Shown here: piece after piece, positions 37,673 to 47,835 of the stretch
Numbering within the stretch: the first letter of the stretch is position 1
Layout: every line of letters starts with the position of its first letter
Assembly: GCA_965219685.1 (NCBI GenBank)
Contig: CBDCOH010000002.1
Coordinates: 1,952,001-2,016,000, forward strand
Length of the DNA: 64,000 nucleotides
Direction: 5' to 3'
From: Candidatus Spongiisociaceae bacterium
GTDB taxonomy: Bacteria > Actinomycetota > Acidimicrobiia > Spongiisociales > Spongiisociaceae
Position numbers and translations under genes: made by a program
The notes under the pieces: model-generated
What the model saw: only the letters and a program-made list of their open reading frames with translations
The model's database searches: none
What the model was told of the DNA's origin: nothing

Positions 37673-37837
37673 GAGCCTTTCCTAAGACCCCGTTGAGTCT
37701 GCTTGCTGGCTCTGAGGGGCCGGGCTATGTTCACAGCGGTGGCCTGCCTGTGAGGTGGCGGCGTACATGCCAACTCGCCAGCTAGTCACAACCTGGGCGC
37801 GGATCCCCCGTCCAATAGGCAAACCGAGGAGAAGATA

Positions 37838-39796
37838 ATGAAGAGACTCGCTGGAAGGTCTCTGGTTGCCGTTTTCGTAGCGCTGACCATGCTGGCAGCC
37901 GCGTGCGGCGGCGAGGACACCTCCGCCGACGACGATGCAGCCGCCGCCGCGGCGGAGGCTCAGACAGCGGCCGCCCAAGCCGAAGCTGCGGCAGCCAAGG
38001 CTGAAGCGGACGCCGCCCAAGCAGACGCCGACGCTGCGGCAGCAGCGCTCGCCGAGGCCCAAGCCGAGCTGGAGGCAGCCCAGATGGCCGCCGAAGAGGC
38101 CATGGAGGGCGACGAGGCTGCGAAAGCGGCGCTGGCAGAGGCCGAGGCAGCCGAGGCAGCGGCCCAGATGGCTGCGGAAGAAGCCCAGATGGCTGCCGAG
38201 GAAGCCCAGACGACGGCGGAAGAAGCCCAGATGGCTGCCGAGGAAGCCGAAGTGGCCGCCGAAGAAGCCCAGATGCAGGTCGAGGAGTTGATGGGCGGCG
38301 GCACGATCGTGTTCGGCACCAACCAGGAACCCTCACAGCTGGACGCCTTCGCATCCACCACCGTCAACGACCAGGCGGTAGTGGCACAGATCTACGAGAC
38401 GCTGGTGATCCTCGGCCAGGGTATGCAGATCCACCCGGGCCTAGCAACCAGCTGGAGTCTCAGTCCCGACGCCATGAGCGTTCGCTTCAACCTCCGTGAA
38501 GGAGTCACGTTCCACAACGGTGACCCGTTCAATGCACAGGTGGTCAAGGCGCACTTCGACCGGATGAAGGGCGATGTCTCGGGATCGCAGACCGCTCTGA
38601 TCGCCACCAACTACCAGGACACCGAGGTGGTCGACGACTACACCGTGGAGTTGGTCTTCTCGGCGCCGGTACCCGACATCCTGATCGACCTCGCCGCTCC
38701 CGGCGCGGCCATCACCAACGCCGCAGCCGTGGAGGCGTTGGGCGAGGACGCCGGCCAGCAGCCGATCGGGACCGGACCGTTCATCTTCGAGGAGTGGGTG
38801 GAAGGAAGCCACATCTCGCTCGTTCGCAACCCGGACTGGACGTGGGGTGAGTTCTCCTTCTACGGAACCACCGGACCGGCCCGCGCCGAGCGCCTGATCT
38901 TCCGCTTCATACCGGACGACCAGACCCGGACCGCCGCCCTGTCCACGGGAGAGATCCAGTTCCTGGATCTGGTGCCCTTCCAGAACATCGCCCCTCTGGA
39001 AGCGCTGGACGGAGTCACGGTCGAGGGCTTCTCCCTCCCGGGTCTGCCGCAGGTCAACTACATCAGCCCCGTAATATCCCCCACTTCCGACATCCGCGTG
39101 CGCAAGGCCATCCTTCACGCCGTCGACCAGGAGGAGATCGTCAAGCTGGTGTTCTTCGGCAAGGCACCCCGCGCGTACGGTCCGCTCTCGAGCGACTTCG
39201 CCGAGTACGACCCGATCGTGGAGACCTACTACCCCTACGACCCGGAGCTCTCGGCCCAGTTGCTGGACGAGGCCGGATGGACGCTGGGCGACGACGGTAT
39301 CCGGCGGCAGGGCGGCGAGACGCTCCGGGCCAGGATCATCGAGAACCGCAGCTGGAATCCCTGGGTGACTCTCCTGCAGGACCAGCTACGCAAGATCGGT
39401 TTCGACGCCGAGGTCATCACACTCGAGGGTGGCGGTTACTTCCAGGGTACCGGCGAGACGATCTACGAACTCGCCTCGATGGGTGACGTGTTCGGCTCAC
39501 CCGCATCGCTGCGGAGGGACTTCCACTCCTCGTCGATCGGACCGGGCAACATCAACGTCGGGCATATCGACGACCCGACGCTGGACGCCCTGCTCGACGC
39601 CGCCTCGGTGGAGACCAACCTGGGGGTTCGGGCCGAGATCCTGTCCGAGGTGCAGCGCTACATCATGGATCAGGCGTACATCGTCCCGATCATCGAGTTG
39701 CACTTCTTCACGGCGTTCTCCAACGACCTGAGCGGGTTCTCGGTCGACGGGACCGGGTTCTACAAGTACTTCGGAGGAGCGTCGCTCAGCCAGTAG
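37838..39796 (+). CDS. ABC substrate-binding lipoprotein, family 5, with Ala/Glu/Met-rich stalk
   Basis: GAGGAG RBS; lipobox LAAAC; PGLATSW, LREGVTFHNG, PIGTGPF. Confidence 0.9.
   Translation: MKRLAGRSLVAVFVALTMLAAACGGEDTSADDDAAAAAAEAQTAAAQAEAAAAKAEADAAQADADAAAAALAEAQAELEAAQMAAEEAMEGDEAAKAALAEAEAAEAAAQMAAEEAQMAAEEAQTTAEEAQMAAEEAEVAAEEAQMQVEELMGGGTIVFGTNQEPSQLDAFASTTVNDQAVVAQIYETLVILGQGMQIHPGLATSWSLSPDAMSVRFNLREGVTFHNGDPFNAQVVKAHFDRMKGDVSGSQTALIATNYQDTEVVDDYTVELVFSAPVPDILIDLAAPGAAITNAAAVEALGEDAGQQPIGTGPFIFEEWVEGSHISLVRNPDWTWGEFSFYGTTGPARAERLIFRFIPDDQTRTAALSTGEIQFLDLVPFQNIAPLEALDGVTVEGFSLPGLPQVNYISPVISPTSDIRVRKAILHAVDQEEIVKLVFFGKAPRAYGPLSSDFAEYDPIVETYYPYDPELSAQLLDEAGWTLGDDGIRRQGGETLRARIIENRSWNPWVTLLQDQLRKIGFDAEVITLEGGGYFQGTGETIYELASMGDVFGSPASLRRDFHSSSIGPGNINVGHIDDPTLDALLDAASVETNLGVRAEILSEVQRYIMDQAYIVPIIELHFFTAFSNDLSGFSVDGTGFYKYFGGASLSQ
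38162..38275 (+). repeat. Intragenic 21-bp tandem repeat encoding heptad AQMAAEE (about 5.4 copies)
   Basis: GCCCAGATGGCTGC(C/G)GA(A/G)GAA units with variants AQTTAEE and AEVAAEE. Confidence 0.85.
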
Positions 39797-39917
39797 CGGT
39801 CAACAGACCGAAGACTGACATGGAGCGGGTGTCGTCACCGAGTGACGCCCCGGTGTGTGGCAGGGCCGACAACGCCTTGCCACACACCGTACGCTCACGT
39901 CTGAGCCGGTCCGAGCC

Positions 39918-40850
39918 ATGCTGAGATACGTCTTCGGCCGGTTGACCCTGACCGTTCCGGTCCTGATCGGCGCGGCCGTCCTGATCTTCCTGCTCATGCA
40001 GTTGGTGCCCGGCGACGCGGTCTCGGCCGTGATGGCCGGAGGGGCCAAGCTCAGTCCGGAACAGCAGCTCGAGATGCGCGAGGCACTCGGCCTCAACCGG
40101 CCGCTCGTAGTCCAGCTGGGCGACTATCTGTGGGGCCTCGTCCAGGGCGACCTGGGGCGCTCGACCAGATCGGACCGCAGTGTTCTCTCCCTTGTGGGGG
40201 CGCAGATCCCCTCCACCCTGATCCTGGTCGCCGCCGGGATGACGGTGGCCATCATCATCGGCGTGCCCCTAGGCGTGCTGGCGGCCCGCCGTCGCAACAG
40301 CTTCGTCGACACCCTCGCCATGGGAACCGCGGTCCTAGGGTTGTCCGTACCGCAGTTCTGGTTCGGACTGATGCTGATCCTGCTATTCGCCGTGAACCTG
40401 GGCTGGTTCCCCGCCCTGAGTTCCGGTGGCTTCGACGGACTGGTCCTGCCATCGGTGGCCCTGGGGGTTGCTGAGGCGGCCGTGCTGGCCCGGCTGGTGA
40501 GGAGCAGCCTGATCGAGTCCCTGGAGCAGGACTACATCACCACCGCCCGGGCCAAGGGCGCATCAGACCGCCGGGTTACCTGGCGACACGGCCTCCGCAA
40601 CGCCCTGGTGCCGGTGGTGACGATGATCGGGCTCCAAGTGGGGAACCTGCTGGGAGCTGCGGTCGTCATCGAGATGCTGTTCGCCCGCCAGGGCCTCGGC
40701 CAGTTGGTGGTGAACAGCATCCTGCGGCGGGATCTCCCCGTTCTGCAGGGCTCGATCCTCATCCTCGCTTCGATCTTCGTGGTGATCAACGTGGTGGTCG
40801 ACATCCTGTACAAGTTCCTCGATCCCCGCGTGAAGCTGGGCACGGCCTGA
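39918..40850 (+). CDS. ABC transporter permease (DppB-like)
   Basis: LVPGD, LGLNRP, GDLGRS, DYITTARAKG, HGLRNAL, LDPR. Confidence 0.92.
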   Translation: MLRYVFGRLTLTVPVLIGAAVLIFLLMQLVPGDAVSAVMAGGAKLSPEQQLEMREALGLNRPLVVQLGDYLWGLVQGDLGRSTRSDRSVLSLVGAQIPSTLILVAAGMTVAIIIGVPLGVLAARRRNSFVDTLAMGTAVLGLSVPQFWFGLMLILLFAVNLGWFPALSSGGFDGLVLPSVALGVAEAAVLARLVRSSLIESLEQDYITTARAKGASDRRVTWRHGLRNALVPVVTMIGLQVGNLLGAAVVIEMLFARQGLGQLVVNSILRRDLPVLQGSILILASIFVVINVVVDILYKFLDPRVKLGTA

Positions 40851-40858
40851 GCACCGCC

Positions 40859-41743
40859 ATGCTGGACGCCACCTCCGAGCCCGTCCCCCTGGAACAGACC
40901 TCCGTTCACATCTGGCGGAGGTTGATCTCCCACCGCTCGGTCGTAGTCGGAGGATCCCTCTTCCTGGTGGTTCTGGCGGCCGCGCTGTTCGCCGGATGGA
41001 TAGCCCCGTACGGTCCGGTGGACACAGACCCCGACGTCGCGCTGCTGCCGCCGAGTTGGTCGCACCTGATGGGAACCGACCAGTTCGGCCGGGACGTGCT
41101 GAGCCGCGTGATCCACGGTTCCCGACCGTCCTTGGTGATGGGCGTGGCGCCCATGCTCATCTCATCGGTCGTTGGTACCACGCTCGGGATGCTGTTCGGC
41201 TACTACGGACGGTGGGCCGACCTCCTCCTTACCCGCTTCGTGGACATCGCCCTGGCCTTCCCGCCCATCCTCCTTGCCCTGACAGTGGTAGCGGTGCTGG
41301 GTCCGGGCCTGTGGAGCATCGCCCTAGCCCTCGGGCTCTCGGGAATCCCCTTCTACATCCGCATGGCCAGGGGTCAGGTCATCCAGGCGAAGGAAGCGCC
41401 ATTCGTGCAGACGGCCATCGCCATCGGCGCCGGGGACATGCGGGTCATGTTCCGCCATATCATCCACCGGGTCATCCCGCCGATCCTGGTGATGATGACC
41501 ATCCATGTGGCCGGGGCCATCCTCGCCGGCGCGGCGCTCAGCTTCCTGGGGCTGGGGATTCCCCCACCCAGTCCCGAGTGGGGAACCATGATCCAGGACG
41601 GCCGCCAGTTTATAGCCCTCTCCTGGTGGATGGCCTTCTTCCCGGGAGTCGCCCTGGCCGTGACCGTCTTCGCCACCAACCTGTTGGGGGACGGGCTGCG
41701 GGACGTGCTCGATCCGAGATCCAAAGGAGAGCAGATCAGATGA
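40859..41743 (+). CDS. ABC transporter permease (DppC-like)
   Basis: HLMGTDQFGRD, LSFLGLG..PP.PEWG, NLLGDGLRD. Confidence 0.92.
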   Translation: MLDATSEPVPLEQTSVHIWRRLISHRSVVVGGSLFLVVLAAALFAGWIAPYGPVDTDPDVALLPPSWSHLMGTDQFGRDVLSRVIHGSRPSLVMGVAPMLISSVVGTTLGMLFGYYGRWADLLLTRFVDIALAFPPILLALTVVAVLGPGLWSIALALGLSGIPFYIRMARGQVIQAKEAPFVQTAIAIGAGDMRVMFRHIIHRVIPPILVMMTIHVAGAILAGAALSFLGLGIPPPSPEWGTMIQDGRQFIALSWWMAFFPGVALAVTVFATNLLGDGLRDVLDPRSKGEQIR

Positions 41744-41750
41744 TGGACGC

Positions 41751-42530
41751 ATGCAGATGACAGACAACAGAGTGGCGGTGGTGACCGGAGCCGCCTCCGG
41801 GATAGGACGGGGCTGCGCCCTGCGGCTGGCCGCCGACGGGTACCGGGTGGCGGTGGTGGACATCGACGGGGACGGCGGTCGCCTCGTGACCGACCATCTG
41901 GAGGACGAGGGAGCCGATGCCTTCTTCCTGGAGGTCGACGTCGGGGAACCCGACGCGTTCGAGGTGATCGTCTCGGCGGTTGCGGACCGCTGGAGCGCCC
42001 TGCACGTGCTGGTGAACAACGCCGGGCTCGACTACAACGAGCCGCTCTCCGAGATGAGCGTCGAGGCCTGGGACCGGTGCATTGCCGTGGACCTGCGCAG
42101 CGTCGCCTTCTCCGCCCAGGCCGCCTCGGGAATCATGCAGCGGTCGGGCGGGGGAAGCATCATCAACATCGCCTCGGTGATGGCCTGGTACACGTTTCCC
42201 AACTACTCCGCCTACACGGCCTCCAAGGCCGGGCTGATAGGCCTCACAAGGACGCTCGCTCTGGAACTGGGACCGCTCGGCATCCGGGTGAACGCCATCG
42301 CTCCGGGATTCATCGACACGGGCGCATGGCAGCGGGTCCTCGCAACCCTGGACAACGCCGAGGAGTTCGCCGCTTCGGTCTCGGCGCTGCATCCCCTCGG
42401 CCGCCGGGGGAATCCCACCGACATCGCCGCGGCCGTGGCGTTCCTGGCCGGAGAGGACGCCTCGTTCATCACCGGCCACACCCTGGTCGTCGACGGAGGC
42501 CTGACCTCACAGTTGCGAACCCCGGCCTAG
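41751..42530 (+). CDS. SDR family oxidoreductase
   Basis: TGAASGIG, VNNAG, YTASK, NAIAPG, ITGHTLVVDGG. Confidence 0.9.
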   Translation: MQMTDNRVAVVTGAASGIGRGCALRLAADGYRVAVVDIDGDGGRLVTDHLEDEGADAFFLEVDVGEPDAFEVIVSAVADRWSALHVLVNNAGLDYNEPLSEMSVEAWDRCIAVDLRSVAFSAQAASGIMQRSGGGSIINIASVMAWYTFPNYSAYTASKAGLIGLTRTLALELGPLGIRVNAIAPGFIDTGAWQRVLATLDNAEEFAASVSALHPLGRRGNPTDIAAAVAFLAGEDASFITGHTLVVDGGLTSQLRTPA

Positions 42531-42700
42531 GCCGGTTGCACAGGGCTGCGATCGTGCTGTCCGGAGAAAAAGGGGCCTGCTTTGCGATTTGAGGGCTCCA
42601 TTCGCTATATATATGTGGTCCGAGTGTCGCAGGATCGACGCACGCCACTCTGGATTCGTGTGCCACTGGCACGACAAGCAAGTGAGCGGGAGGAGCCCGA

Positions 42701-44503
42701 ATGAAGAGATTTGCAAGCGTCATCGTATTGATGACCGCCCTTGCGCTGCTGGCCTCGGCCTGCGGCGACGATGGCGCAACGGAGGAAGCGGAAGCTGCCG
42801 CCGCCCAAGCCGCGGCCGAAGCAGCCGCCGCCCAAGCCGCCGCCGACGAGCAGGCTGCCGCCGCTGCTGCGGCCCAGGCCGCCGCCGACGAGGCCGCCGC
42901 CGACGCCGCCGACGCGCAGGCCGCCCTGGAGCAGGCCCAGGCCGATCTGGAGGCCACCATGGCTGCCGCCGAAGCAGGCGACGCTGAGGCGCAAGCCGCC
43001 TTGGAAGCGGCCGAGATGAAGGCCGAGGAGGCTGCCTCGATGGCCGAGGAAGCCCAGATGGCTGCCGAAGAAGCCTCGATGATGGCCGAGGAAGCCGAGA
43101 TGGCGCTGGCGGAGTCCATGATGGTGGAGGCGCCCGAGATCCGGGCCGCCGAGGTCGCCATGGGTATCTATCCCTGCTGCGCCGACCTCGCCTACTGGCA
43201 GATCCCGCTCGAGTTGGGATGGTGGGAAGAGTGGGGTATCACCATCACCCCGAACCAGCCGACCTATCACTACTTCACCGCCTCCCAGGAGATCGTTCCC
43301 TGGCTGCAGCGTGGTGACGGCGACGTTGCGCAGGGTTGGGTACCTGGCGTTTTCGGAACTCTGGAGACCTTCGGTCAGACGATTCCGCCCATCCACTTTG
43401 CTGACATCTACGTCGGCTACGCCATCCTGGTAGCCCCGGACAGCGAGGCCAAGACCGCAATCGAGTTCATGGATGAGGGCATGAGCTTCGCGGACGCGGC
43501 CACGGCAGCGGTACAGCAGCTGGTCGGTAAGGAAGTCCATATCCCGCCGCATAGCACGACGCAGTCCCAGTACTCGGATGCCTTCTTCGCCTACCTGCCC
43601 CAGTGGTGGGAGGATGTCCAGGAAGACATCCCGGCGCTTGACGGCGAAGGCAACCAGTTGGTCCTCCTCAACAGGGACGGAACCCCCGCCCTTGACGACG
43701 ACGGGAACACGCAGCCGATCCGCATCACTACCAACGACTGGCGTAACTACTCCACTCCGGTGTATGTGGATGATCCCACCATCGTGCAGCTCTCGGCACA
43801 AGCGGGCCGTATCGAGTTCGCCATGCCCTATGGCGCTCCAACCCTGGTGCAGATGATGCGCAACGGCTGGGATCCGCTGATCAACTTCGCGATGATGTAT
43901 GAGCACGACGCTCTCTCGCAGCAGACCGCGATCGCCTCGTCCACCGTCGGTGGCACCGGCCTCTTGGCTCGCCGCGAGTGGGTCGAGGAGAACAAGGACC
44001 TGGCATACCGGGTCGTCGCGATGGCGAACCGTATCCTTGCGTATCTCGAGGACCCCGCAACCCAGGAAACGGGTTGGGAGATCGAGGCCAACATCATCAA
44101 CGAGAAGCGCGGCCTCACCATGGAGCCCGCTGACATCGGAGTGATCTGGGATACGATCGATCCGTCCTTCAACTGGCAAGACCAGGAAGCTCTGTGGGAT
44201 CTGAGCTTGCCGAGCTACCACCCCGAGACCGTATTCAGGACCCAGATCGAGGCCCTGAAGGCAAGGGGAGTCCTGTCCGAGACCTACGACACTCAGGCGG
44301 GATTGGAAGAGTTCCTGCTGGCCCAGGAGATCTACTACGACCTCAAGGACATGCAGGATCGCTCGGATGATCTGTTCGCTCGGGCGAGCGGCATGGACTT
44401 GTCGGACAGCCAGCAGGCTTTGATCGACCAGGCCCAGGCCCTCTACAACGACTACAACTTCTACGACAGTCTTCGCTTCCTTGAGGCAGCCCTGATCGGC
44501 TAG
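42701..44503 (+). CDS. Substrate-binding lipoprotein of a NitT/TauT-type ABC importer, with Ala/Glu/Met-rich stalk
   Basis: GGAGGAG RBS; lipobox LASAC; heads an operon with two SsuC-like permeases and a TauB-like ATPase; family assigned mainly by context. Confidence 0.7.
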   Translation: MKRFASVIVLMTALALLASACGDDGATEEAEAAAAQAAAEAAAAQAAADEQAAAAAAAQAAADEAAADAADAQAALEQAQADLEATMAAAEAGDAEAQAALEAAEMKAEEAASMAEEAQMAAEEASMMAEEAEMALAESMMVEAPEIRAAEVAMGIYPCCADLAYWQIPLELGWWEEWGITITPNQPTYHYFTASQEIVPWLQRGDGDVAQGWVPGVFGTLETFGQTIPPIHFADIYVGYAILVAPDSEAKTAIEFMDEGMSFADAATAAVQQLVGKEVHIPPHSTTQSQYSDAFFAYLPQWWEDVQEDIPALDGEGNQLVLLNRDGTPALDDDGNTQPIRITTNDWRNYSTPVYVDDPTIVQLSAQAGRIEFAMPYGAPTLVQMMRNGWDPLINFAMMYEHDALSQQTAIASSTVGGTGLLARREWVEENKDLAYRVVAMANRILAYLEDPATQETGWEIEANIINEKRGLTMEPADIGVIWDTIDPSFNWQDQEALWDLSLPSYHPETVFRTQIEALKARGVLSETYDTQAGLEEFLLAQEIYYDLKDMQDRSDDLFARASGMDLSDSQQALIDQAQALYNDYNFYDSLRFLEAALIG

Positions 44504-44552
44504 CCTCATCCGACGAAGACAACGGGACCTGCCTAAATCAGGCAAGTGAGAA

Positions 44553-44597
44553 GAGCCGGCGCGGGGTCGGATTATCCATCCGGCCTCGCGTTGGCTT
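44553..44597 (+). terminator. Stem-loop after the binding-protein gene
   Basis: GAGCCGGCGCGGGGTCGGAT-TATCC-ATCCGGCCTCGCGTTGGCTT, 20-bp stem including G-U pairs. Confidence 0.55.
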
Positions 44598-44673
44598 GTG
44601 ACTAGACACCAACCAGATCAACCTCCTAAGAGCACTCCGTCAGTCGCCACCACACAAAGGGGCTTGAGATCCA

Positions 44674-45762
44674 GTGACGATGACCTCCACCGACGTTCTC
44701 GATGTGAGAGCCAAGGCACAACGAGAAAGAAGACGGCGCAGAATTGCTAGTGTTATCTATATTGCGATAGGGATAACGCTATTCTTCGTTGCTTGGATAC
44801 TGCTCTCCCTTGAGGTTTCCCCTTGGCACTACGACATTCCGCCGCCGTTCGGCGCGGTGGGCCCCTTCCAGGACATACTTAACGGCGTTTGGGGACTGTT
44901 CCAGGAAGAAGGCGCAATAGCCCACTTCTGGCACAACCTCGGTACCAGCCAGGACATGAAGATAAAGTTCGTCCACGCCTGCCCGGATCTCCATCCGGCA
45001 AACGTCAACAATCCGTTCAGACAAGTCATCTCCAGCCTGATGGGATGGAAGTACACGTCTGAAACCGCCGCCCTAACCGGTGGTCCTCTACCGGTTCCTA
45101 TCGGCCAGCTACCTGATTATTGCTATGGCTACGCCACCCATCTAGTTGTAACGATCATCCGGATCCTGCTCGGCGCTGCGTTCGGCACCATTGCAGGTCT
45201 CGCAATCGGCCTGTCGAGCCTCGTGTTCCCGAAGGTCGCCCAGGTCTTCACCCCGGTGGCCTCTTTCTTCGGAACCGCCCCCATCTTCATAGCCGCACCG
45301 TTCTTCGTCATCTGGTTCGGGGTAGAGGTTCCGATCATGACCACGATCGGCCTGGTGACCTTCTACACGACCCTGCTCATGTACTTCTTCAGCCGGCGGG
45401 CCGCCGAGAACATTCCCGTAGGGATCGTCGAGTCGGCGCTAACCCTGGGCGGAACACCTCGTTCGATATTCCGCTGGGTCTACCTGCCCGGAACGGTTCC
45501 CGAGATCGCTGGAGGATTCCGCATCGCGCTGGCGGGCGCGTGGGGCTTGGGTGTCCTGGTCGAGGTGCTCGGAATACAGGTCGGCGGCGGGCACCTGGTC
45601 GACATCTGGAGGTTCCTCATCGGCCAGATCCAAGCCCCATCTGCACTCGTGGCGTTGATCACCTTCTACGGAGTTCTTGCGGTGGTGGTCGATGCATTGC
45701 TGCTGGTGATCATCCGTTACCTGACCAGGTGGTCCGAGGCTGGCCGCCGACTAGGGCTGTAG
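44674..45762 (+). CDS. NitT/TauT-type ABC permease
   Basis: IWFG, VESALTLGG (EAA loop), VYLPGTVPEIAGGFRIA. Confidence 0.8.
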   Translation: MTMTSTDVLDVRAKAQRERRRRRIASVIYIAIGITLFFVAWILLSLEVSPWHYDIPPPFGAVGPFQDILNGVWGLFQEEGAIAHFWHNLGTSQDMKIKFVHACPDLHPANVNNPFRQVISSLMGWKYTSETAALTGGPLPVPIGQLPDYCYGYATHLVVTIIRILLGAAFGTIAGLAIGLSSLVFPKVAQVFTPVASFFGTAPIFIAAPFFVIWFGVEVPIMTTIGLVTFYTTLLMYFFSRRAAENIPVGIVESALTLGGTPRSIFRWVYLPGTVPEIAGGFRIALAGAWGLGVLVEVLGIQVGGGHLVDIWRFLIGQIQAPSALVALITFYGVLAVVVDALLLVIIRYLTRWSEAGRRLGL

Positions 45763-45780
45763 ACAAGGAGGAAAACATCT

Positions 45781-46557
45781 ATGTCAAGAGTCGTCAGCTT
45801 CGAGGGCCTCTGGTGCGTGTTCGAGCACCGGTCCGGCCAACTCGTCAACGCCCTCCACGATGTGAATTTCGAGGTCCAGCCGGGCGAATTCGTGTGCGTG
45901 GTCGGACGATCCGGCCACGGTAAGACCACCCTGCTACGGGTTCTGGCCGGGCTTCAACCACCGACCGCCGGCCAGACCAGGCTGGGAGACCAGGTTGTAG
46001 AAGGACCCGGTGCCGACCGGGCGATGGTGTTCCAGCAGGACACCGTCTTTCCGTGGCTTCACGTCCGGGAGAACGTCGAATTCGGCCTCCGCGCCCTTAA
46101 GGTGGACGACGAAGAACGCAAGAAGACGACAGCCCACTGGTTGGAGGCGGTCGGGCTGACCGACTTCGCCGACTCGTGGCCGCGGGAGCTCTCCGGAGGA
46201 ATGCGCAAGCGGGTGGCGCTGGCGTCAGCCATGGCGGTCGGCTCCGATGTGATACTCATGGACGAACCCTTCGGTTCCCTCGACTACTTCACCCGCCGGA
46301 ATCTCCATGACGTGCTCCTGGACCTGTGGGAAGAGACGCAGAAGACCGTCTTCTTCGTGACCCACGACATCGAGGAGGCTCTGATACTGGCCGATCGGGT
46401 GATCCTCCTGGCCGAAGGAAAGCTGGTGGACGACATCCGGGTCGACCTGCCACGCCCTCGTGACGAGGATGTGCGAGCCAGCGCGGCCGCCGTCGATATC
46501 ACCAAGACGATCCTGGCCCACCTGGGCATCACCGAAGAGGAAGCGACCCAGGTTTGA
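45781..46557 (+). CDS. NitT/TauT-type ABC ATP-binding protein
   Basis: GRSGHGKT, FQQDTVFPW, LSGGMRKR, MDEPFGSLD, VTHDIEEA. Confidence 0.9.
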   Translation: MSRVVSFEGLWCVFEHRSGQLVNALHDVNFEVQPGEFVCVVGRSGHGKTTLLRVLAGLQPPTAGQTRLGDQVVEGPGADRAMVFQQDTVFPWLHVRENVEFGLRALKVDDEERKKTTAHWLEAVGLTDFADSWPRELSGGMRKRVALASAMAVGSDVILMDEPFGSLDYFTRRNLHDVLLDLWEETQKTVFFVTHDIEEALILADRVILLAEGKLVDDIRVDLPRPRDEDVRASAAAVDITKTILAHLGITEEEATQV

Positions 46558-47780
46558 GCCTCACCCGACTGTTGCGGATCCTGTTCTGGATCGGATGGGC
46601 CGCCTGGTTCTTCGTCTCGGCCCTGCTCGTCCTCGGCGCTTCCACCGTTTCACCGCTGGGAGACTGGCGATTCGAAGACGGCCAACTCCATCTGACCTGG
46701 TTGTTTATCTTTCTCTGGGCGGTCTTGTTCTGGGCTTACACATTCATCCTCCGGTTCCGAGCCTCGATCGCAGCAGTCAGAAAGATAGGCAAGGCCATCA
46801 GGGGTCTGCCTCAGCGCATCGGGAGAGCCGCTAAGGCCAACCCGCTGTTCTTCATCACCTGGGCGGTGCTGCTCGTGGGCTGGCAGATCACGTCCTACAT
46901 CGCGCCCAAGGGGACTCTCGAGCATCCGCTCGTACCCGGGTTCGACTACATCATCTACAACGCCCTCTACAGACTGTCGGGCAACTGGGACCTGTTCGGA
47001 GGATTCAGCTTCGGCGGACTGACCGTGCTGTTCGGAGAGTTGGCGCCATTCCCCGCCATAGAGGGTGCCGAGTCGAGGACCTGGACAGCTGTGTTCCTGG
47101 CTCTGGGCTTCCACTCCTTCATGACCCTGTCCCGACTGGTGGCAGGCTTGGGTGTCGGGTTGATAGCCGGTCTGGCCACCGGGCTCGCCCTTCCCTACTG
47201 GTCCGCCCTGCGCCAGATATCGTGGGCGCCGTTCAACTTCCTCAGAATGATCCCGTTGCTGGCGGCGATCCCATGGATGCAGTTCGCCCTGGGAGTCGAC
47301 CTCCGCGCCACCACCCTCTTCATCGGCTTCGGCGTGTGGGTGATGCTGGTGGTAGCGACCATGAACGCCGTGGCCAACGTGCCCGACAGATACATCGAGA
47401 GCGCCCGTACCCTGGGCGCGTCGCGGCTGCGCACCTACCTCAAGGTGATCGTGCCGGGGGCCATGCCGGAATTGCGCACCGCGCTCCTGCTGGCCGGTGG
47501 GCTCGGGTGGTCGTTGACGATCGCCGCCGAGTTTCTGGGCTTCCCGACCGGATTGGGCTTCATGGCCGCTGCGGCGGTTCAGGAAACCAACACGGCTCGG
47601 CTGGTGATCGTGGCCATCGTGGTCGCCTTCTACTCGCTGCTGACCTTCTACCTTCTCAACCAGTTGTTCAACCGGATGGTCAGCTGGATGCCGCAACGGA
47701 CCAGCGGGACCACGGACATCTCCAAGGTGGCTGGCGCCGCCGGCGCTGCAGGTCGCGCCGGAGACCAACTCCACGAATAG
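46554..47780 (+). CDS. NitT/TauT-type ABC permease
   Basis: YIESARTLGAS, VPGAMPEL, IAAEFLG...GLG; TTGA overlap with the ATPase. Confidence 0.8.
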   Translation: MSLTRLLRILFWIGWAAWFFVSALLVLGASTVSPLGDWRFEDGQLHLTWLFIFLWAVLFWAYTFILRFRASIAAVRKIGKAIRGLPQRIGRAAKANPLFFITWAVLLVGWQITSYIAPKGTLEHPLVPGFDYIIYNALYRLSGNWDLFGGFSFGGLTVLFGELAPFPAIEGAESRTWTAVFLALGFHSFMTLSRLVAGLGVGLIAGLATGLALPYWSALRQISWAPFNFLRMIPLLAAIPWMQFALGVDLRATTLFIGFGVWVMLVVATMNAVANVPDRYIESARTLGASRLRTYLKVIVPGAMPELRTALLLAGGLGWSLTIAAEFLGFPTGLGFMAAAAVQETNTARLVIVAIVVAFYSLLTFYLLNQLFNRMVSWMPQRTSGTTDISKVAGAAGAAGRAGDQLHE

Positions 47781-47835
47781 TCCGAATCGACAACGGGATT
47801 CGGCCCAGGGCAGTGACCCCGCCACGACATAGATC

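Noticed and set aside
890-44545. Long antisense or alternative-frame ORFs (e.g. 890-2365, 30231-32735, 30176-32197, 42605-44545)
   Set aside because: Shadow ORFs expected from high GC3 codon bias; they overlap well-supported genes and lack motifs
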